DNA from: Oculina patagonica
Lineage: Eukaryota
Direction of reading: 5' to 3'
DNA: 64,000 bases
NCBI RefSeq assembly: GCF_052425735.1
Contig: NC_135766.1
Span: forward strand, 28,396,001 to 28,460,000
Each line of letters opens with the position of its first letter. Position 1 is the stretch's first letter. The position numbers and the translations under genes were made by a program. Below the pieces are notes generated by a model that worked only from the letters and a program-made list of their open reading frames with translations, had not been told where the DNA came from and did not search any database. This document shows positions 11,312 to 23,900 of this stretch, piece by piece.

Positions 11312-11802
11312 CAGCGCTTAGCTAGCTTGGTGCAGAGTCATACCTTGGTTTCTAACTACAAAAGTTATTATGCAAATGAAATTCGATGGTGCAAAAAAAA
11401 AAAAACAAGTTAGCCTTGGTTTATTTCTTTTTATAAGTGGGACGATGACACAACTTCCTTAGTAACCTCTGAACATTGTACTTAGAACCGCTGTAGCAGG
11501 CTTGGACATGCATTTCTTAAAATATCACATGCTTATTGTTCACGTGCACAGCGCTTAGCTAGCTTGCATGGTGCAAAGAGCCATGATTCCTAATAAAAAA
11601 AGAAAAAGAAAAAGAAATTCAATGATAATTCATGATAAAGATAAAAAGAAAAGTTAAACTTGGTTTTATTTATTTTTAAATGGGACGATGTCAACACTTC
11701 CTTAGTCTGCATCTCCGATATCTTGTTGTGCTCTGAACCGCTGTAACAGGCTTGGACAGTGCAGTTCTTTAAATATCACATGCTTATTGTTCACGTGCAC
11801 AG
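11312..11802. repeat. Two-copy tandem duplication (~240 bp) upstream of gene B
   Basis: CAGCGCTTAGCTAGCTTG...GGCTTGGACA...AAATATCACATGCTTATTGTTCACGTGCACAG occurs twice in tandem. Confidence 0.85.
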
Positions 11803-11984
11803 GAAATTAACAGTGTTTGGGTAATAATTACAAAAATTTCCTGGTTGTTCTCTTATGACATGAAATATCGTTTACGTAGCTAACAGATTTAAACCAATCG
11901 AAACATCGTTGAACTGATACAAGAACCTTACATTCTCGGAGAACACATCACATAGCGATACAGTGGTCAAAGACGCGCTTCAAA

Positions 11985-14900
11985 ATGAATCCTGCATCTT
12001 CTTCACTGTCAGCTCTGCTGATTTTGGTCGTCTTTGGAAATCTCTCTTTCGCAGTGAAAGGTAAGGCGTTGATTATTTTCGTCATTGTGAAGAGTTATTT
12101 TGCATTTTCCATGTGTTTCTTCATTGAAAATTGAGATGCGTTTATGTTGACTGTATCTCAACAAAATTTGATCAAGATCTTGAAATTTTGCAGTTTGCCG
12201 ATTTTCCTGCTTTTGAAATCGATTTGCTATCATTTCAAATTGTTTCCTTTTGTCCTTTCAGTTTTTCCTTTCGCGATTTATCACCAGGGCCTTTTTTTTA
12301 CAAGGAAATTGACGAAAAACGTGTAATGGCAGAGATCTCGCTTTCGTAATGCGCAACTTTGAATTCGGCATAGACTGGCAGAGTCCTTTCCAAGGAATGA
12401 GTTTCTTTCTAATTCTGCGGGTTACTGAGTTCATCTTTTCGGAGTTAAATTCGCTTCTACCGTTATCATTGAGACAACGATTTATTTTTAATTCAGATAC
12501 ACTCATGAAAACTCCATCACACGCCCCCTCCGTGAGTAGATTCTTTGCACTCGACATCTTATAAGATAACAGAAATCAATGACAATCGTTAGCTGTTGGG
12601 ATTGAACTTAAAGGCTGTTTGCATGTATCAATCTTTCTATTCTTTGTGCTTCATGCTATATATGGTTCCCATTCATGCATTAAGGTCTCCGTCATTATAT
12701 AGCTCGGTACACTCGTACGAATTTCGGCTCTACAATCTCCTTAGCGTAAACCAAGCAGAAAATTGTGTACATTATTGCCGCATTTCAGAGAATGTCCTAC
12801 GTTGCAAAATTTGTTTCAGTAGCTCAGTCTTGTATGAAAATGCAAACACGCCCCCGTTAAGGATCACATAATCGGAAAAATACACATAAAAGCGTTAAAA
12901 TGCTTGGTAATGCTTTACTTTCGGGATTCAAAGCTGCAGTTGCTGTTTGTCGTTTGCTTTGCAATCTCCCTGGGATACAAAAATTCATTTTGGTCCATTT
13001 CTTTCAAAAGTTGTTACTTGACAATTAAGCTCACTCTGGAGTGCGCGGATTCGACACAGATTTCCGGGTCCGGTTTAAATAACATTTCAAAAGAAAAACT
13101 TAAGCGAAGATTTTTAAGTGCCGTTCAGCTTTTCTATTAAAATCCTGTTACCCGTTCCTTACGCAAAATTCTTTGTAGTTCCTACCTCAAAGACATAAAG
13201 AAACTGACTAAACGCGAGAATATTCTTAACCAAAGGCATATTTCCACTGTCAGGATTCAAGGGGGGTACTGTGTATCTTTCTCTCTCTTCTTCATCCTTT
13301 GCATATCTGGTTTCCCGCACTCTCCAATTCAGTTAATTATTTGGCTCTTCAGTGTATTTGCATTAGACTGTCTGCTTTGATAATCCGTTGGCTAAAACCC
13401 TGCTAGATCACCTTTTCCTCGTGCGCGTCAAAAAGCGTCGATTTATAACTGAACCGTAATGGTCCATAATGAACCAATACCCAATTGTGTCGAACAGATG
13501 TATACTCAATAGGCCTTCAGCATTTGTGGGGATTTTGATGCACAATATTTGAAATCTTGACCCATAAAGAAGTTATATTTAGCATGTCTGTCACATCCGA
13601 CAGATGATGCGGAAACTAGAAAAAAACAACAAGGCAGCATTTGGTCGCGGAGAGCCGTTATCTACGTCACACGACACAAATCCGATACAAATCTACCCAG
13701 GTGTCTGAAAAGACTGGAATAATAAATGTCTTCACGCCAGATTCGCACAAAATACCCCTCTTAGAAAATAAGATACATTGAGACGGAAATATTTCTAACT
13801 GAAGTTTGCATCTGCGTGACTATGAAGCAATAGCAAAATATAGACTTCACGTTCATGCCACTGACACGTTTGTCATTCGATTTTTCCGTTGGCTCAATAA
13901 GTGTTCATATAAGATATAATCCTCTCTTTTCGTGATAAATGCTATTTATGTATAGAAACATGCTTATACAGAGTTGACCTTTGGCTCTGGCTATCATTTG
14001 TTCTGATTGTTATCCTCTTGAAAGACCTGAAATAGCCATTTCTAACATATGGGGCTAAGATTACATTTACATACAGACACACAGTCACGGTCACAAATAA
14101 ATTAAATTAAATTTCAATTAAATTTGTATGCGCAACTATATGCATCGATTTATATTTTCGGTGGTACGATTTACATCTGTAAATTATTACTTTATTTATT
14201 ATATTCATGATGATAGGTACCTGCACTGCACTGTATTTACGTGGGACTTCAAAAGGAAACAAAAAAAAAAAAAAATAGATGGGTTAAGTGCACAACAAGT
14301 CCAACCATAAAGTGATACTAACTCCACAGAAATCCGAAAATTTTCTCTAGTTCATGAGTGTTTTTATCCGATTTTTGAAGAGCAGATAATGATTTACAAT
14401 GCCAATTTTTTTTTTTTTTACGGAACATCCTTCAAACATTTAACAGTATTTTCTCTGGAAGCAGTAAACATTGAAAAAAATGGCCATTGTAACAGCAAAC
14501 ACTAAAAATTATGGACAAATAGTACTTAACACTTAACCTCATTCAGACCCTCTTGAAGATTTGGTGTAGGAATTGAATTTGCATTATCTAAAAATTTATC
14601 CGGCATGCCTTTTATTTCGCAAGTGATGTCGGTATTTAATGTGCGCGCAAGTTTCTGTTGATTGACGTAATTGATGAGGAAACTTATTTGATAGGTCATG
14701 AAAACACAGGACCACACGCCCCTTATCAGGGGGGGAAATCACGTTCAACTTTTATTTTCAGTAATGCTGGTCAATCTTATGCTGCAGTCTAAGTTCACTC
14801 TTCGTTTCATTTTGCAGTGCTTGTGTGGTGCTAGTATAATGCTTATACTTCAGCTACAGCAGAAACATATTCAAATATTTCATTTCACCTGAAATGTATT

Positions 14901-17900
14901 CCTTATCTATTGCACATTAATTGTCGACACGTGTAACCGCCTCTTTTGACGTCGATAGATCAGAGAAAATAAGACCTCTTACGCAAAATTGCTTCCACCA
15001 ATTTGGATATTTACACCAGAAATTTACGATTTCGTGATCAAACCACGCTTTAGACCGTTTATAGTTTCCTGTTATAAAAAAGGACAAAGATTGTTAGGAC
15101 AAGAAGAGACCGTGAGAGGGAAAGAGGGGGGGAGGGGGGGGGGGGGGGGGGGTGTGTGTGTGTGTGTGTGTGTTTTTCAACGCTCTCGTGAGTCCTTATC
15201 AACCTAGTAAAATGGCCCAGCTCACAACGAGTCTCTCGTAGCTCAGTTCAGGTTAGAGCGCCCAACCGGTATCTGGGAGGCCATGGGTTCGATTCCCGTC
15301 GGGGACTTAGAATATTTCTTTATCCCCTGCTCGTGTCATGTTGAATACTTCATCTTCATCTTCCATTTACTCTTATTATTTACTATTGAGAATTTGGATA
15401 CTGCAGGCATTTCTATCAGGAACGATGACATCAGTCACTTTTATGACCTTGACTACTTGAATTTGTTGATATAATCCGTTCAGTGATTCTAGCGGCCTCG
15501 GTGGAAAACCCGCAGTCCACAATCTCGCAGTCGACTTGATTCGCAATTTTAATCAGTTTAAGTCATAACTTGAATATGTGTGATATCACAGTGATATCGT
15601 CCTAACACGCGACTTTGAAAGACACCGTATTCTGCAGAACTCTCGATATAGACGGACCATGTGTCCAACAGTCACGATTTAAATCGTAGAAAAAAAGGTC
15701 ATAAGATGAAATCGTCACGTTAATCGAAACGAAATGACGTGACTCAAGTTTGCCTGCGCTGCAATCTAAGATCACTATTTGTTTATTTTATGGGGGCTAG
15801 TCACGTCTCGCCCTGATTTTCAAAATGGCAGTTTACTGCCAATTTTAGCGCACGTTTTTATCCATGAAAGTCTTTTATTCAGAATCAAGGATACCAAAGG
15901 AAGTGAAAACTCTCATGCAGATCACTATTGAAGCGATTTTAAAAAAACAACAAACGTCTTGCATTTACTATAATCATTTGCCATGGATAGCTTGGCATAC
16001 TGCATGCATGTTTTCGACATAAACAATGGGATCAGTCACTTTTATGACCTTGACTACTTTATATAATCCGTTCAGTGATTCTAGCGATCTAGATGGAAAA
16101 CCCGCAGTTCACAATAACAAGAACACTTGACTTACTGCAAGAATCGGCTGAACCACAACTTAAATAAAGCGACGTTTCTGTGATGTTGTCCTCTCGAAAA
16201 CGAGCTAATCGAGGCAAAAATTTGCTGAGGACTGGCCTTGTGTTTATCAGTATATGCTTTGTAGGCCTTTTTTTTGACTGTTTATTTATCGGAGATTTTT
16301 ACAAATGAAATGTACTTGTCGTCACGCCACATTTCGAATCATTTTCAAAATGGCGGTTTTACCGCCAATTTTACAACGTTTTTGTTTGTGTAAGTTTTTT
16401 TTCAGAATCAAGATCACCAGAAGCAGATAAAATTCTCACTAGTTAACAGATTTAAATTAAAACATCTTTCATTTACTCTTATTATTATTCATTACTGAGA
16501 ATTTAGTTACTGCAGGCATGTCTATCAGAAACGATGACATCAGTCACTTCCATGACCTTGACTACTTGAATTTGTTGATATAATCCGTTCAGTGATTCTA
16601 GCGGACTCGGTGGAAAACCCGCGGTCCACAATAACAATAACACTTGACTCATCGTAAGAGTCGACTTGATTCGTAATTTTAATCGGCTTAAACCATAACT
16701 TGAATACGTGTGATATCACAGTGATATCGTCCTAACACGCGACTCTGAAAGACCCCGTAGTCTGCAGAACTCTCGATATAGATTTACCACGTGTCCAACA
16801 GTCACGATTTAAGTCGTAGAAAAAAGGTCATAAGTTAAAATCGTCACGTTAAACGAAACAAAATGACGTGACTCAAGTTTTTTTGTGCTGCAATCTAAGA
16901 TCATTCTTTGTTTATTTTATGGGGGCTAGTCACTCATCACTCGATTTAATTCGATTGCAATTGCAAAAAAAATGTACTTGTCGTCACGCCCATTTTAAAA
17001 ATGGCGGTTTACCGCCAATTTTAGCACGTTTTCACATGAAAGTCTTTCATTCATAATCAAGAATACCAAAGGCAGTGAAAACGCTCCCCATTGAAGCGAT
17101 TTAAAAAAAAAAACAAACATCTTACATTTACTATAATAATTTGCCATGGATAATTTGGCATACTGCATGCATGTTTTCATAAACAATGGGATCAGTCAAT
17201 TTTAGGACTTTGACTAAGCGATGTTTCTGTGATGTTGTCCTTTACGCACAAAAATCCTCAGAAAAGACTTCGTTATCCGCAGACTGCTCTCGCAAACGAA
17301 CTAATCGAGGCAGAAACTGCCGAGGAATGACCTTGTGTTTATCAGTATGCTTTGTAGCCTTTGCAAAAATAAATCATTAAAAGAACAACTCGCTATGAAA
17401 AAAAATGGAACCTAGAGCAAACTGCTAATGAAAGGCAATTTATAAAAAGCAAATAACACCGAGTAGTATACATACACGAAGAGCAGTTTTAGAAAACTAG
17501 TTTTTGAAAATAATTTGCCAACTATGATTTAAATGGAATCGAGAATAAATAGAAAAAAAAAAACATTTTCTGAATCAAGTGGCACTGCATGGTTTCAACT
17601 TGGCACTGTACATAGGCGGCAGAGGGGGAGGGCAAGTGCAGCATTAATTAACTTGGTTTTTAAGAAAACAAATCTCTACTCTGGCCACATTAGCTGCGTC
17701 ATCGGCGACTTCAGATCATACATCTTTTCCCTCGGATACGACATCTAAAGAACAATCCAAAAAGAACCACGAAGCAGGATCGTCTTAATATGCCGGGTTA
17801 TGCACAAATCGATTACGGACGCATTGACACTGTTAAAAGGCATTTTGGGAAATTTTAGTAGGGAATGCGCCTTCGGGGGAGATGAGAGGGGTATGCGCTT

Positions 17901-20900
17901 GACTTGAAGCGAAGTGGTTCTCCCCACTATGTCCCCCGCGACACCCTAGTGACACTTTTCCTACCACTAGGCAACCAGCCCCAACCCCTGCCCCATTCTC
18001 TCCAAAAGTTCTTTATGCAAAACATTAAGGGAACCCTGGATTTCTATTGTTTTTATACTTGAGTTTAATGAATGTCATGCGCTTTTTACATAAGCCTCTG
18101 GCTCGGCTGGATAGGAAGCTCGGAGCGTAATGTCATCCCCTGCCATGGCCCTTATAAATTGATTGATTAATTGATTGGACACAAACTTTGTGTTTTTTTG
18201 TTGCTTCTAAAAGGAATTCCATTGCAAACTGGACACTTAAACATATCTGAAACGCTACAAGAATGGGGTTGCAGCGGTAGCTGTCTTTCTTTACAACATT
18301 GTCGATTACCACGTTGTGGAAACGTTGTATTTCCATTTACATTTAGTGGATCAGGAACGGTACGTATATATATCGTAATGAATATAAATGGAGGGTCTGA
18401 ATGTGGGTACCACGATAAAACTAAACAGTTAATATTTGGCCCTGTAACATGAAACAGTTAGATTTTTGGCATTTAACTTTAACAGTTAAAAAATCACTAT
18501 AACAGTAAATTTTATCCAGAAAGAAACAAAAACGGCTTCAAAAAGGTCAATATCATTTTGTTTAGTATACCAAGAAGTTTTCGGACATTTTCCGACGACT
18601 TCCATTTTCGATCATATTGGAAGATTTTTTAAGATACTGAAAATTCCCGAATGCGACCGAAGATGTTCGAAGACTACCGAAAATTCTCAAAGAGAAAATC
18701 AATGATGTCCGAAGACTACCGCAAATTCCAAAGAGAAAACCAACCAACAGACTGGTTGGTGAATTTTGCGTGGCCTCCCTGGTGAAAATTTTAGCTCTCA
18801 GGTCATTGTATTTTGTTTAAAAAAATGTAAGGGTTTTATTTCTCCCAAAGACTGGTGCTTTGTTTATGTACTCAAACGACTGCGTCTGGATTAACTGCAC
18901 GATCTTCAGTTTTTCTAGGTCAGGGAAATGAAACACATTATTAGATGTTTGCTTGCCCTTGTAAAGCTTTCATCTAATTTGTGTGAAACATCCAGCGGTT
19001 TCCTTCAGCTCCTCCACTCCCAAATACAGTAACAAAATCAACAAAAATGGGTAAAAACTCTAAGTTGTCAAATGAGAGAACTGAAGAGATAGAGAACTCT
19101 GACATTTTTGTATCTTACTCGGATTGTTAGGTCCAAGTTCATGTAACATTGAGCCATGGTGAGCAGTTTTCACGTGTTCACTCGCCTGCTGCTGTGTGGG
19201 TTGAATCAGTCAGTACACGTGGATTTAAGGTGTGTGCACGTGAGTCAGGCATCGGAACAAATGGAACTGGAGTCCTTAACTGGCTGGCTTTCCAAGATCA
19301 ACCAAAATTGACACATGGAAGCGTTAGTTTTAATGGCATTTGGACAACAGAAACTAAATGCGAGAAAGTCACATTCTCTCAGGTAAGATGGTATGATTTG
19401 TTATAGATGTTTATCTCGAAAATGTCTTTTAATTGTCACACTTTTATTTCTATGAACATATTGCAGAGCTTTGGTGGAAGACCTTCTGTGTTTGTGTCAG
19501 CTAAGTACACACGTGACACAAAGCCTGATGACGCAATGTACGTCTGGCTGGAGAATGTAAAACCAGGAAGTTTCGAAGTGTGCCTCCGAGAGTTCTTGGT
19601 GTTTGACGGCAAACATCAAGACACTATTGTGGTGGGTACACGACTTGTAAAATTTTCGATCACCCAAGTTAAAATATTTTAACCGTTTAAAAGATATTGG
19701 TTGAATGCTTATATACGGAATAATAGCTTCGAATAATTAACAACTATTCCATGAGCGCATGTTGGATATGATGTGGTAGTTAGCTATAACTATGTCATAT
19801 CCAACATGCGCTAGTGAAAAAATTGATTTATTAGAAACGCTAAAATAATGGTAGTATTTGAGCACCCCAGCTATTTCCGTTGACGCGTAGACTCCTACCA
19901 TATTTGCAGTTCATAGTATATGAGCTCATATTTCATGGCCTGTGAACCAATCAAGACACAGGAATTGCAATATACCACAGCGTACAGCTACGTTTATCAG
20001 GCACTACATGAATTAATATTCCTCACAACAGTTTCTCAATCTCGTCTTTCCTTGCGTACACTTAATATACAGTAAAACAAAGTCATTTTTCAATTGAATA
20101 ATGAACTTTGGCCTGCTTGAAGTATATACTTTTTAATTTCATCGTGAGTGATTCTTTCTTCCCAGGACTGGTTCGCATTCACCAGCAATGGGTCCGAGCT
20201 AAATTTTACGATGACAGGGGAAGTGTACTTCCCCAACAGCGGCAGTCCTACGGCGGACAATAATTATGGCTTCTGTCATGTAAGTGGCTTTGATAATCTT
20301 CAACAACATCATCCCAAAACTGAAATGGAGGCCTTTAGGTTATTACCCACTAAATTAAAAATACATTTTCCCAAATCACGTGGTTTCTCACTACATGAAA
20401 ATCGTGGAAATAAGCACTAGGTTTAGATTTGCAAAACACCCTTTTTTAGAAGCGCTTATATTCAGGAGGGCTTACATACAAGGCGCTTTATTGTGCAAGT
20501 TTACCTTTAAAAATGTTCTAGGTTTCAGTTTTTACGGGATACTACGACTGTCTATTATATAATTTATCTCTCTAAACATGTCGGATAAAATCCAAAAATG
20601 CCTCTCAGTCTTTTCAAACATTCTCTAACAACGTGAGAGGAGAACAAGTTAATAAAAAAGTAAGCTTATCTGCTTATATTCAGAAGGGCTTATTTCAGAA
20701 GTGATTTTTGAGGGATGGGATTTGGACGATTGGGGGAGGGCATGGGGAGGAGTAAGGGATGGTTTTTCGGGAAGTGGTTTTAAGAATTAACGGTAGTTCT
20801 TTTCCTATTTTTCATGCTCAGGAAGTTCAGTATAACACGACTTTTTATAAGTCCCCGGCTGTGCTAGTCTCTGTCAGTCATCAATATGACCGACAAGTGA

Positions 20901-23900
20901 AAAGTCATGTTCCGTCGGAGAATAACCTGATAACAGCTTGGGTTGAGGTAGGGTTAAATGACGATTGTTAGAAAAGAGTTATTGAGTCCAAATCAATTGA
21001 CTAAAAAAGGTTGACATTTTCTTTATAGGAAGTTCGTCTGACATCCATGAAAATTTGCGTTAAGGACTTATCTGGAACAGGAAGTCAACACGACCCCCTG
21101 ACAGTCAGTTATGTTGTGATTGGAGGTTGGTAATAAATTGAATTATGATATCTTTTATTTGAAAAGTTTTCCATGTCCAAAATTAAAGCAATTAAGAGAG
21201 ATTGAGTTTCCGTGCTATGGCGAAGGTGACTATTTTAATTTCCTTTCATTAATTTTAAAAGAAAGCTCAAAATGAATATCCCTTTATTTTCCATCTACAG
21301 ACTTGAATCCATGTTTGGGCGTAGTGTGTGAGTCGTTTGGTGTCTGTAAGACCTACAGTGCACATGAAGCTCGCTGCGTGTGTAACGAAGACTGCCCTTC
21401 CTATCAGGATCCAGTGTGTACCGCCAATGGTACAACATACGACAACAAATGTCTTTACGAGCTTAGCTTCTGTAAAGAACATGACAATAATACTGTTTAT
21501 CACCCAGGAAGCTGTGAGGGTAAGTGAGCAGTTATCATGATATAGCTTACGAGGTCTAGAGAAGGTCTAGAGAAGGTTAACGAAAGGGCCATTCGCTTTG
21601 TTTTCAAGGACAAGAACACCCCTTACAGGGACCTTCTACAAGCCCTTGGCCTGCGAACCTTGGCCGAGCAACGAGTATACAAAATTGCTAGCTCGATTTT
21701 CAAAACAATAAACGGTCCTAGCCCTCCCTGCTTGCGTGAGCTGATACAACCTAGAAGCTATTCCTACAACTTAAGAGGACAAAATATTCTCAATCTACCT
21801 AACGTGCAAACTACCAAGCACGGACTCAAATCTTGGCGATATTTCGCCCCCAAATTATAAACTTCAATATGCTGTAAAACCTTTAGAAAGGCGTTAAATG
21901 CTGTAGATATTAGTCGTCATTTGTAATTTTTAATTAATTAAATAATTGTATATATTCTATAACTTTTAGCTCATTTTTAATCAGGAAATGCGTCGCACAT
22001 ATTCAAAGCTTTAAAGCTTTGAAGAATTTTATTCACTTTATTTTATTTTATTTTATTTTTATTTATTTTTTATTTATTTATTTTTTTTTCATTGTGGCTT
22101 ACCTGTAAACTAGCTGGTGCGTTCCCGCAGATTTTGCTAACCATATCTGCGGGACGCATCGAAACCATAGCTAAGTGTAATGACCACATTGAACATTGTA
22201 TTATATTGTATTGTATTGATTTTACAGTTTTATTGATTTTGAGTACTTTGCAGTAATTTTGGGCGGTTTTCGGACGTTTTGGAAACATTTTTGAAATCCA
22301 AGATGGCGGAGCCAAGATGATGGCTGTTATGACATTATGATGTCATTGTCACGTGATGTGATGTCATCATCCCTCGTGACGTATACCAAAAGATAGATTT
22401 TTGTACATACTATGTATCCTCCACGTTTCGTTGTGATTGCTTAAATATTCTGGAAGTTACGGAGGGGTGGGTTTTCACGTGAGTGTCAATTCCATTAACA
22501 GTCTTGTCGGTAATCAAATTTTCTTATCTTCTTATTTATGACTTTAGTAGGACCAAGGTATAAATGCAATACAATTCAGATGCTAAAATGGTGTAGTGGC
22601 CCAATGTGATAAGGTTTGTAGCTTAATAAAAACTTTTCCATTCAATAACAGGCTTTCCAATTGCGCATGGCCGTGTAAAGCTTCTTCGAGTTCCCAAATG
22701 GTCTGACTCAAGCTGCAAGACAGTGGTATTCCCACCATACCGGTTCTACCCGGATAAACAAGTTCACGTACAAATAACACTGAATCACATGAATTTGAAT
22801 GACTCGGTAACAGTTCACCACGCTATCACCTCGTGGACGGAAAATGTGAATACACGAAATTTTACAGTCTGCGCCATGCAATCTGGGAGGAATGGAAACA
22901 ACTTTAACCCATTTGCAACTGTGGAATGGATGGCGTATCAAGGAGCAACGCAAGAAGTAATGACGGGAATAATCAGCATTAAAAAATGGTGGTCTGGAAC
23001 AAATTGCGAAGATATGACGTTTCCAAAGGTTTGCTTGGAATACATCTGTATTAGAAATTCAACACACCTTACAGCTAACTGCATGCAACATGGCGCAATT
23101 TTCTTATCAGCAGTCATCTTATGATTAATTTCTCTGTTTTTCATTGCAGGACAAGTTTAAGGAGGCGCCTGTAGTTCTGGTGACGTCAGAGCATCTTAGG
23201 ACTGGTAAAGAGTATGATGCCTCGCTGATCTGGACAGAGGATGTAACCAAGGACTCATTTAAAGTCTGTCTCCGGGAACTACAAAACTTTGATGGAAAAC
23301 ATGAAGATATTAATGTGGTATGTGATCAAGTGATTTATTTTTCGAAATGTTTTGGAATGAACGAAATGAACAAAAATCCTCTCCTTAAAAATTAATGAAA
23401 CACTTGCTTTGATCTGACGTGTTAGGCTTATTGTATTCCAGTTGAGTAGTCCTTTTGGTAGTCTGGGTACCGTACGGTGACATAAATTATATTCGGTCAC
23501 GAAAGGATGAACGTTGTGAAGCTAATTGCTCTTTGTATTTATCGCTAATTCATTGATCAGTTTAGCTACAGTTGAAGGTTACAAGGTAATAAAAACATAA
23601 AGCCCTTTTCATTTGAGTGTCGTAAAACCAAAGTAATTACTCTATAGCTAGCAAATCACAAAGGGCAGGATAATCCATTGAACCAATGAAGCAAATGCAT
23701 GTAGCCAGCACAAAGCTCGGGAAAAATGTATTAGGAAGTCCCGATTGGGTTTGGTTTTCTTCTGATTGGTTGAAAAAGTGGCGCGAGATTTTAAAACCAA
23801 TCAGAAAGCGTAGCAATGCTAAACCAAAACAACAAGTGATCACTACTCTATCATTGCCATTTCCACATTTTACTTGCAGAACTGGATGGCGTTTACGAAA

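Noticed and set aside
13604-13700. Extra exon in intron 1 of gene B
   Set aside because: AG and GT are present but the donor is weak, the phases do not fit between exons 1 and 2, and no domain similarity is seen.
15236-15310. tRNA gene (also 37160-37235 minus and 47365-47437)
   Set aside because: Imperfect acceptor and anticodon stems, embedded in repeat-family flanks.
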